The notes below the pieces were generated by a model that was not told the origin of the DNA, did no database searches, and saw nothing but the letters and a program-made list of their open reading frames with translations. Made by a program: the position numbers and the translations under genes. Positions 19,724-26,860 of a DNA stretch of 28,871 nt are shown here, piece by piece (position 1 is the first letter of the stretch; the number at the start of each line of letters is the position of its first letter). Origin of the DNA: a virus (taxonomy: Duplodnaviria; Caudoviricetes); IMG/VR virus record IMGVR_UViG_3300033076_000570, positions 1 to 28,871 of that record. One strand, given 5' to 3'.

Positions 19724-19739
19724 AGCATTTATGATGCCA
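19724..19739 (-). promoter_or_regulatory. Sigma54 (-24/-12) promoter upstream of SSB
   Basis: TGGCATCATAAATGCT: GG-N10-GC, intergenic and correctly oriented. Confidence 0.75.
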
Positions 19740-19760
19740 CGTTGTTGAAAAAATTTTCAA

Positions 19761-20030
19761 TTAAAAAATTGAAACTAACTTAACACCATTATCTAATATA
19801 TAATAACAATGAATTGAATTACCAATATATTCCATTTTAACTTTTGATTGTGCATTTTTAGAACTCACTATAAAAGTAAAAAGCTTTGGATGAATGTGGA
19901 TTTGTTCATTTGAAACTGAAAAAACTAAACAATCTTTTTCGTCTAAAAGATTGGTTGAGTCTCTTAAATTTTGAATGACAACTGTTTGATTAACTAGTTG
20001 CCAAAACGAATCGTATATTTCTTTGTTCAT
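19761..20030 (-). CDS. Hypothetical protein, very AT-rich
   Basis: Start reassigned to MNKEIY at 20030, which gives an ATGA overlap with the upstream stop. Confidence 0.6.
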   Translation of the reverse strand: MNKEIYDSFWQLVNQTVVIQNLRDSTNLLDEKDCLVFSVSNEQIHIHPKLFTFIVSSKNAQSKVKMEYIGNSIHCYYILDNGVKLVSIF

Positions 20031-20770
20031 AATTTGAAACTTGAATAATTTGCAGGCACAAAAAGTTCCTTGGTATTCATGCGCGTGCAAGCAAAAGGAA
20101 ACTGTGTAGTAGGATGCACTTGCCATTGAAACACAAGTTCTACTTTTCCTTCACCTGATGGTTTAGTAGTTTTCACTTGGCGAAATACATCAGTAAAGAA
20201 CTGAGGCATTCGCGGACTAAAGTCTTGTCCCTTAAGAATCCATTTATAAGAGAGTAGCTTTCCTGTTTCGCTGTCGCGAATTTCTTGTTCATGTGCAATG
20301 ACAACTACGTTGCATTTAAGATCAATCATCTTTGTGCAAAAGCCATTCCACCAAAGACTCCACATCTTCCAAAACCAAAAGCCATCTTTCTCTCCTGTCT
20401 TAGAGATAGGAGTTTGCTTCTCCAAATCTTCTGCAACTGCATCACCAATTGTGGATACGGAGTCAAAGATTAGAGTTTGTTCTGCTGTGAACTTTGTTGC
20501 TTCATTTTGAAGGAACCAATTCAATGCATTAGTTTTGTTTTGTTGTTTGATTGTGTTCTTAATATAATCCATACTATAGAATGGAGCAAATGGAATCTTA
20601 CGATCACGAAGTTCTGATGCTGTAAGTCCATTGTCGAAGTCCACTACAAATGGATTTGGAAATGTAAGAGCACTCCATGTCTTTCCAAATTTAGGAGGCC
20701 CAACTAGGAAGAGACGTGTTTGTGGTGATGTTAGTTCGTTAGTATGTTTTGTTGTTTGTGGGATGTGCAT
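20027..20770 (-). CDS. AAA_24 / Sak4-like ATPase (recombinase)
   Basis: GPPKFGKT, VVDFDNG, LIFDSVS, VVVIAHEQ motifs; sits between the nuclease and SSB genes. Confidence 0.85.
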   Translation of the reverse strand: MHIPQTTKHTNELTSPQTRLFLVGPPKFGKTWSALTFPNPFVVDFDNGLTASELRDRKIPFAPFYSMDYIKNTIKQQNKTNALNWFLQNEATKFTAEQTLIFDSVSTIGDAVAEDLEKQTPISKTGEKDGFWFWKMWSLWWNGFCTKMIDLKCNVVVIAHEQEIRDSETGKLLSYKWILKGQDFSPRMPQFFTDVFRQVKTTKPSGEGKVELVFQWQVHPTTQFPFACTRMNTKELFVPANYSSFKL

Positions 20771-20960
20771 ATTTTCTAAATGTTGGTTGTCTATTTCCGC
20801 AAATTTCTAATTGAGCCCAATTATAAAACTCTGCAAATTTCAAAATTTCTTTTTCATCTCTATCAAAAATTGGTTTATCTATTACAATATCTAGTTTAGA
20901 TGTTTTAAATATAACATCCCAATCAAATTGATTGTTACTTTTTAGATGTGGAAAGTTCAT
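20739..20960 (-). CDS. Hypothetical protein, AT-rich
   Basis: 73-aa ORF with ATGA coupling to the nuclease stop. Confidence 0.55.
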   Translation of the reverse strand: MNFPHLKSNNQFDWDVIFKTSKLDIVIDKPIFDRDEKEILKFAEFYNWAQLEICGNRQPTFRKYAHPTNNKTY

Positions 20961-21847
20961 TCAATGTTAAATTTGCAAGGGTCATAATCTCTTACGTTAA
21001 ATAGACTGCTAATTGTTCCGGCACGATAACCTTCTTGAACATAACACACACGAGAAAATTGGCATCCGCCATACTTGCCTGTGCATTGTGTGAAGTTACG
21101 CCGCCATTCTTTGCGTCCCTCTATACTATCAACCAAATCATCAATTCGTTCGCCTACCCATTTCATACAATCTTCTACTTGATCTGCACGATATTCTATA
21201 AGTTGGCTACGATAAAATTCGCATTGATCCTTTACAATAAATGCTCCATCAATTATACATGGAATATAATAATTAGCCCAACCAAGTTGTTTTATTGCCC
21301 AAGAATAAATCATCATTTGATGAGACATTTCATAAGAGGCAAAATAATCATCAACAACTTTCTTATTCATCCATAGTGGTTTGTGAGTTTTGATATCTTT
21401 GAAAACTTTGATTCTATTATTCCATGTTCCAATGGCATCAACTACTCCACACAAAACTACATCACACGTTTCATATGCTTTCCATGGAATCATAAAAGGA
21501 AGTTCAACTCCAACTACATCACCATGTCTAGCAGGAACAAACTGATCATGCTTATACTTTTCACAATATGCCGCTACTGATTTCACACAATGACCACCTT
21601 GTCTCAAATCATCTTTAGGAATTACTGATGTTGAACTTGCCATGTGAAACAACGTTGTTTGTTTAGCAAGTTGGGCATCTCCTGTCTTATGCCATTCTGC
21701 AATTCCTTTATGGAATCCTGTTCCATAATCCATCTTATGATTTGCAATTTTTGAAACAAGGCCTTCAAGATTTGAAAGACGGAATTTCTCTGAGCAATCA
21801 CTTAATGCTAGAGACGATGGATCAATTCGGACTATTCTTTTGGACAT
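20957..21847 (-). CDS. PD-(D/E)XK exonuclease, Cas4/RecB-like, with a probable Fe-S Cys set
   Basis: GTGFH, VELP, GVVDAI, KDIKT, QMMIY; one N-terminal Cys plus C-terminal C-x6-C-x5-C. Confidence 0.85.
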   Translation of the reverse strand: MSKRIVRIDPSSLALSDCSEKFRLSNLEGLVSKIANHKMDYGTGFHKGIAEWHKTGDAQLAKQTTLFHMASSTSVIPKDDLRQGGHCVKSVAAYCEKYKHDQFVPARHGDVVGVELPFMIPWKAYETCDVVLCGVVDAIGTWNNRIKVFKDIKTHKPLWMNKKVVDDYFASYEMSHQMMIYSWAIKQLGWANYYIPCIIDGAFIVKDQCEFYRSQLIEYRADQVEDCMKWVGERIDDLVDSIEGRKEWRRNFTQCTGKYGGCQFSRVCYVQEGYRAGTISSLFNVRDYDPCKFNIE

Positions 21848-22065
21848 ACAATCTTCAAATCTCCATGTTTAATAAATACAATGCGAGTCTGTGGACGTAG
21901 AATTAAAACACCATTCTCCATTACTTGAAATGGTTTAGTGAATTCTACACCATAGCCATAGTGTTTGCGTAGATGTTGACGAATAATGCCTACATCACCA
22001 CGTTTAATGTCTGAGTGTTGACTGCTCAAAACAGTCACATGTTTTCCAATATCAATTACTTTCAT
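21832..22065 (-). CDS. Hypothetical protein (SH3-like beta pattern)
   Basis: Packed ORF; IKRGDVGII...YGVEF. Confidence 0.6.
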   Translation of the reverse strand: MKVIDIGKHVTVLSSQHSDIKRGDVGIIRQHLRKHYGYGVEFTKPFQVMENGVLILRPQTRIVFIKHGDLKIVCPKE

Positions 22066-22388
22066 TTCTTTATATCATCCTCTGTCATACCAGCTTTAGC
22101 TAGCTCAAGAAGAATCTTTTCTTTTGCTGTCATTTTATTTGTTGGTGACAATGATTGTCCCAATGCACTTGAAGGTGCAAACTTATTTCCTTTAGGCCCA
22201 CGAAAGCTTCCTAACACTGTTCCATCACTACTACGAACTCCAGTGTTAACGCGTCCGCGAATTGGTGGGCAAACTTTAATTGCTTCTTCGAGATAAGTTT
22301 GAAGTTCTACTTCTCCCATAGCGCACAAGCGTTCGAGAGACATATCAAGTAGAGCTTCTATTGTTGGTTTTAATGGTGTGTCACTCAT
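22062..22388 (-). CDS. Hypothetical protein
   Basis: 108-aa packed ORF with ATGA coupling downstream. Confidence 0.7.
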   Translation of the reverse strand: MSDTPLKPTIEALLDMSLERLCAMGEVELQTYLEEAIKVCPPIRGRVNTGVRSSDGTVLGSFRGPKGNKFAPSSALGQSLSPTNKMTAKEKILLELAKAGMTEDDIKK

Positions 22389-22390
22389 AG

Positions 22391-22585
22391 TTATTCAACT
22401 ATACAACTAAGTGGGAGATACTCTATATCTCCTTTAATGATAAAGATTCCATAGTTATCTGAGTATCCATCATTACGTTTGCACTTACGAATGAATCGCA
22501 CATTTGCTTCGACGAAATGATAATGGACTTGTTCACAATTTCTTGTGTCAATATTTACTACAGAACCATTCTTAATATCTGTCAT
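22391..22585 (-). CDS. Hypothetical protein
   Basis: 64-aa packed ORF with ATGA coupling. Confidence 0.55.
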   Translation of the reverse strand: MTDIKNGSVVNIDTRNCEQVHYHFVEANVRFIRKCKRNDGYSDNYGIFIIKGDIEYLPLSCIVE

Positions 22586-22803
22586 AATTTTCTAGCAAAG
22601 AAAATAAGAACAACGAAGAAAGCAAGGACAACAACAGTTGTGCAAATATTCTCAATAGATTTATCACTGATAACTGGTTGCTGAATCTGCTGAATCACAA
22701 TTGCATTTGTTTTCAACATTGTAAAATTGCTAGCAGCAACGGAATAAATTTTCTCAACGTTAGTCAAGGGATAAATTTCAAATGCAATGTTAGTGTTATT
22801 CAT
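22582..22803 (-). CDS. Small membrane protein with a C-terminal TM helix
   Basis: Start reassigned to MNNTNIAF (22803) because the upstream DNA encodes the ligase C-terminus; TM segment VVVLAFFVVLIFFARKL. Confidence 0.6.
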   Translation of the reverse strand: MNNTNIAFEIYPLTNVEKIYSVAASNFTMLKTNAIVIQQIQQPVISDKSIENICTTVVVLAFFVVLIFFARKL

Positions 22804-23593
22804 GAAAGACTCCATCAAAGATTGCTTGCGATGGTAACTGCAAAGAACGATCACGCTTATACTTATAGCGAACCATAAGATCAATGTATTTCTGTGGCCA
22901 CTTACGCATATCACGTCATATATCAAGAGAGAATCCACTGCCTAATTTTATTAGTCCCCACTTATCTGTATGAACCACGATTGCTCCAATCCTATCTACG
23001 TGTTCTTCATTTGGTGTGAATCCTTTAATGATTCCTTCTTCACGTTCCCACTCAAGAAGTTTGAACATGTTAGATTCACGCAATGTGCAACGTCCATGTT
23101 TGTAACGTCCTTTAGGATTACGCACCATAGTTCCTTCATAGCCACATGCTATCTGGTGTGAATGAAAGATACGAACATGTTGTTCTTCCGAACATAGAGT
23201 AGGAAGCAATAGTTCACACCATCCCGGCAGATTTGGCAATGTCTTTTTCAATGCTTCAATCCTTTCAAGGTATGGCATACCTGCAATCATGCAGTCAAAG
23301 ATGAAATACTTGAACACTGGAAGTCCTTCAAATGTTCTAAACTTTCCACTCGTTGTATGAAAGTTATCAGGGAATCCATCTGTGTATGTAATTACTTCGC
23401 CATCTAATCCTGATGGAAGCTCAGCCAAACATTGATCAATATACACGTTTGGAATTCTTTTTCCACTGCGTGTTGTTGCTGCTGCTTGAGTTGTTATTGC
23501 ACGAATGCCATCACGCTTAGACGTGCAAGCAACAGGCCAGTGAAGAATATCAGAAAACTTCCATTCTCCATTATATGCTAGCATTGGTTTCAT
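22796..23593 (-). pseudogene. ATP-dependent DNA ligase interrupted by an in-frame TGA at 22916-22918
   Basis: KRDGIR, LDGEV, YFIFD, GYEGTMVR, GSGF motifs; the same frame continues after TGA as RDMRKWPQKYIDLMVRYKY...PSQAIFDGVFHE. Confidence 0.75.
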
Positions 23594-24198
23594 CGATAAA
23601 TTTTAATTGAGTCTAGTGTTATTGTATAGATAAGACGAAACTTTGGTTCTAGTGCTGCATTCCTAGCGTCTAGTGTAGCTTCAAGAAACTCTTTATCATC
23701 TTGTGATAGAATCAATCCTTTAAGATATAGGATTTCTTCACCGCCTTCATCCAACCACTTAAGAAATGTTTCTTTCCATTGTGTTCTGTCCATCACAGGT
23801 TGAGACAATGGAACAGCAGGAGATTTGAGATATGATTTATCTGTGCCAAATGCAATCCATATTCCTTCATCTGGATTAAAAGATTTCTTGAATCTAATTG
23901 CGGCACGCAAACGCATATAGCGTTGCTGTTCATCTGGAGTTCCATTATTACATAGCCACTTAAGTCCACCATTCACTTGTTTATACAATGTATCTGGTGC
24001 TAGTTGCCAATACTCTTTCCAAGGAATACAAACATTCTCTAATGTATCTATTGCTTTGTCATAGAATGGACGAAACTCTTGTGCTATCTTGTCATTGTAA
24101 GTAGACTGTGGTCTACGCATTGACTGATTCTTCTCAAGATTCTTCTTAATAATTTCTAACCTACGTTCATTGAATGCTTGTTCAATAGGATCTTTCAT
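23590..24198 (-). CDS. Hypothetical protein
   Basis: 202-aa ORF with ATGA coupling to the ligase start. Confidence 0.8.
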   Translation of the reverse strand: MKDPIEQAFNERRLEIIKKNLEKNQSMRRPQSTYNDKIAQEFRPFYDKAIDTLENVCIPWKEYWQLAPDTLYKQVNGGLKWLCNNGTPDEQQRYMRLRAAIRFKKSFNPDEGIWIAFGTDKSYLKSPAVPLSQPVMDRTQWKETFLKWLDEGGEEILYLKGLILSQDDKEFLEATLDARNAALEPKFRLIYTITLDSIKIYR

Positions 24199-24212
24199 AT
24201 GTGTTTGAAACT

Positions 24213-24348
24213 TGGAGTCAACAGTAGGACTCGAACCTACATTTCTCTACACACCAGAGAATCATTCGGAAATCAAAACATTGTTTGTGGGAAAGGACAC
24301 AAACTTTGTTGAACATCGAATAGCGTCTACCAGTTCCGCCATGTTGAC
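24213..24348 (-). ncRNA. tRNA-like RNA 1 (136 nt, class II/Leu-like body, extended anticodon arm)
   Basis: Acceptor GTCAACA/TGTTGAC-T-CCA; D arm GCGGAACTGGTAGACGC; stem ATTCG/CGAAT enclosing 48 nt; variable arm TTCTCT/AGAGAA; T arm GTAGG-TTCGAGT-CCTAC. Confidence 0.85.
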
Positions 24349-24357
24349 ATTAAATTG

Positions 24358-24477
24358 AGGGCATGGAAGGATTTGAACCTTCGGACGGTAGTAGCTTCTT
24401 ACGAAGTCTAGTTGCAACTATTCAACTCCCGCTCTTCCGCGCTTTGTCACTGTTAAACCACTTACAGCTACATGCCC
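24358..24477 (-). ncRNA. tRNA-like RNA 2 (120 nt, branched insert replacing the anticodon/variable arms)
   Basis: Acceptor GGGCATG/CATGCCC-T (no encoded CCA); D arm GCTGT-AAGTGGTTTA-ACAGT; T arm GAAGG-TTCAAAT-CCTTC; insert closed by GAC/GTC. Confidence 0.8.
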
Positions 24478-24550
24478 ATAAATTATTTGCCACACTTTCG
24501 TAGTGGCCAACGCATTTAATTGTATGTAAATGATACATCGTCTCCTACAA

Positions 24551-25105
24551 TTAGCCCTGCAAGAGAGCCTCGCGTTCGGCAGCATCCATAGCCTTCGCCA
24601 TGTAAGTCTTGAACAACTCCATGTTGCCATTCTTCTTGGCTTCCTTTGCAAGTGCAATGAAACCATTGGAAGTAATCTCGCGAACACCAGGAATAAATGC
24701 CTCAGCTTCTTCAACAGTGAAGATCTCAGGATTGTTAGCAATCAATTCCTGCAACTTGGCACTCTCAGCAGCCTTATCCTCAAAGTGAGGAATACGCGTT
24801 GAAGTAACCTTGTTACGAGTATTCTGACCGAGTGCAGTGTTGGCGAGATAACAAACTTTCTCCCAACCATACTTATTAGCCATGTCAGCAACAGCTTTCA
24901 TGTTCTTTTCCTCGATCAACTTCTTACCATCCTCAGTGTCAGGAGACACATCATCAGCGACATTCGCCACGAACTGTGGAACATTATAGCGAAGTCCCTT
25001 GTATTGACCACCAAACTCAGCAAGATAAATGCGCATCGTGCCTTCACGCTGCACATAAGTTTCACCAGACTTGCTGTCAACTACCCGATTCGTTTCGTTA
25101 CTCAT
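24551..25105 (-). CDS. Hypothetical protein (184 aa), probably highly expressed
   Basis: Start reassigned to MSNETN, which follows AAACAAACAACAAATAAA; more C/G-ending codons than its neighbours. Confidence 0.8.
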   Translation of the reverse strand: MSNETNRVVDSKSGETYVQREGTMRIYLAEFGGQYKGLRYNVPQFVANVADDVSPDTEDGKKLIEEKNMKAVADMANKYGWEKVCYLANTALGQNTRNKVTSTRIPHFEDKAAESAKLQELIANNPEIFTVEEAEAFIPGVREITSNGFIALAKEAKKNGNMELFKTYMAKAMDAAEREALLQG

Positions 25106-25229
25106 TTTATTTGTTGTTTGTTTATTCGCCAAGATGACTCTGCCTATTTGCACTTTCCGCTCAACGATTCTCACACGAGAAGATGAGACGAATAACTATG
25201 CGGTAGAATCAATCACGACGAAATCATTA

Positions 25230-25245
25230 AGCAGGTATCATGCCA
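25230..25245 (-). promoter_or_regulatory. Sigma54 (-24/-12) promoter directly downstream of the activator gene
   Basis: TGGCATGATACCTGCT: GG-N10-GC, intergenic and correctly oriented. Confidence 0.78.
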
Positions 25246-25273
25246 TGTATTGTGAAGGTTATTTTATTACCTA

Positions 25274-26119
25274 CTATAAATTATATTTCTCTAACGCTAA
25301 CTTCTTACGAAGTAATTCACGCTTAACCAAGAACTCTAATTCGCGGACATTACCTGTTAGTTCCTTAGTCTGAAAGCTATGCCGAACTTCATCGCTCAAC
25401 TGTTTATCTTTATCGAAAACATTATCTAGTAGAATTGCAATATCATTCCTACGTTCACGAAGCGGTGATAGTTTGATTGTATAAGTGCACAATCGCCAAT
25501 ACAAATCTTCTCTAAACAACTTATCTTTAACTTGTGTTTCAAGATGTTTGTGTGTTGCTGCTACTATACGAACATTTGGAATTGGTATGTTTGTATTTGA
25601 ACCAACACGACGAATCATCTTCTCTTGAATTGCACGTAGAAGTTTAGCTTGAAGTGGTAACGCTAACTCTGCAATCTCATCAAGAAACAATGTTCCATTG
25701 TTTGCAAACTCCATCATACCAATCCTATCTTGTGCTGCACTACCTGTGAATGAGAATGCTTTATGTCCAAAGAGTTCACTCTCAAATAACTCTTGATTCA
25801 ATGCTGCACAATTGAGTGGAACAAATGGGCCAGTCCTACTGCCATGCAATGAACGTGCAATTAGTTCCTTACCTGTTCCAGTTTCACCATGAATATATAC
25901 TGGATCAGGATAATCTGAAAGATGAAGAACCACCTTCTTCATCTCTACCATAGAGGCATCACAAGTTAGAAACTTTGAGAGTAGTTTCTCACACTCAGTT
26001 TCCAATATACCAATAGCTTGTGCTGGTGCTTCTAGTCCTGCTGCTAGAAGTCGCCGTCGCATTTCCTCTTTGATATTTATTGGAAGACTTTCAAACTTAT
26101 TTTGAATTGTTTTGTCCAC
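25274..26119 (-). CDS. Sigma54-interacting AAA+ enhancer-binding protein lacking HTH and receiver domains
   Basis: [31 protein letters not shown] at the GAFTGA loop, [46 protein letters not shown] start with GGAG upstream. Confidence 0.95.
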   Translation of the reverse strand: MDKTIQNKFESLPINIKEEMRRRLLAAGLEAPAQAIGILETECEKLLSKFLTCDASMVEMKKVVLHLSDYPDPVYIHGETGTGKELIARSLHGSRTGPFVPLNCAALNQELFESELFGHKAFSFTGSAAQDRIGMMEFANNGTLFLDEIAELALPLQAKLLRAIQEKMIRRVGSNTNIPIPNVRIVAATHKHLETQVKDKLFREDLYWRLCTYTIKLSPLRERRNDIAILLDNVFDKDKQLSDEVRHSFQTKELTGNVRELEFLVKRELLRKKLALEKYNL

Positions 26120-26132
26120 ATTACATCTCCAT

Positions 26133-26402
26133 TTAACTTAGGAATTTTCTAATTAAAATTGCTCTAGCTAAATCTTTAATCATTGTATTAGCCAATACAT
26201 CAGTAAGCAAAGAAACAATTTCCTCTGTTGTGAACTTGTCTGATAGATGATTATAAACTTCTTGCTGTAACTTTTTCATAACTTCATCTGTATTTGGTGT
26301 TCCTGATTTGTTCATGTAATTGATAATTACATCTCCCACTAGGCCACCCATATTTCCAAGTCTTTTATGCAAGTCTGTATTATTTTTTGATATATCAATC
26401 AT
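26133..26402 (-). CDS. Hypothetical protein
   Basis: Start reassigned to MIDISK (ATGA overlap). Confidence 0.6.
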   Translation of the reverse strand: MIDISKNNTDLHKRLGNMGGLVGDVIINYMNKSGTPNTDEVMKKLQQEVYNHLSDKFTTEEIVSLLTDVLANTMIKDLARAILIRKFLS

Positions 26403-26668
26403 AAATCTTTCTCGGTTAGTTGTTCGGCTGCGGTGAGGATGGACTTGCGTGCATTGTTTTTTGTTTCCCACGCATCGCCAAGTTGAGCATAGTAGCTAGA
26501 TACGTCTACCACATCAGTATCATCCACTATACCAGCCGCTCTCCGCATGCCTTCTTTCATGGCGTCGAGTTGAATTTGTTTAATCAATTCTCGGCTTAGA
26601 AATGGAACAAATCTTTTACCAGAACTATCTATTGATTGTTCATTCCACCATTGTTCTGCTGTTTTCAT
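26399..26668 (-). CDS. Hypothetical protein
   Basis: Start reassigned to MKTAEQW (ATGA overlap). Confidence 0.65.
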   Translation of the reverse strand: MKTAEQWWNEQSIDSSGKRFVPFLSRELIKQIQLDAMKEGMRRAAGIVDDTDVVDVSSYYAQLGDAWETKNNARKSILTAAEQLTEKDL

Positions 26669-26856
26669 AGAATAAATTCTTTCTCTCCTTTCCACACTTG
26701 ATAATAAGTTGGATGTGCTTGTGGTGTTTTCTTGCGGGCTACTCGCCAAAAGATTATGTTAGTATTCTTTGGATCAGGATAATGCTGTGATGGAATGAAT
26801 CGTGCCTTCACACGAAAGGGTTTATCTTTTGTGAATTTGAGAGTTAGTTGTGTCAT
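26665..26856 (-). CDS. Hypothetical basic protein
   Basis: Start reassigned to MTQLTL, 4 nt after the helicase stop. Confidence 0.55.
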   Translation of the reverse strand: MTQLTLKFTKDKPFRVKARFIPSQHYPDPKNTNIIFWRVARKKTPQAHPTYYQVWKGEKEFIL

Positions 26857-26860
26857 AGAG

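Noticed and set aside
20957-21847. Cas4-like gene as evidence of a CRISPR system
   Set aside because: No repeat-spacer array or other cas genes; the context is a standard phage recombination module.
22916-22918. Genome-wide TGA recoding
   Set aside because: Many genes end in TGA with tight ATGA coupling to the next start, so TGA is a normal stop here.
22804-22938. N-terminal extension of ORF 22582..22938
   Set aside because: This DNA is better explained as the ligase C-terminus in another frame.
24300-24320. TTCAA in tRNA-like RNA 1 as a UCA (opal suppressor) or CAA (Leu) anticodon
   Set aside because: It cannot be placed in a 7-nt loop on the ATTCG/CGAAT stem, and it appears paired with TTGA in the extension.
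24418-24802. ORFs 24418..24741 (-) and 24530..24802 (+)
   Set aside because: Shadow frames overlapping the 184-aa gene, and in the first case tRNA-like RNA 2; no motifs.
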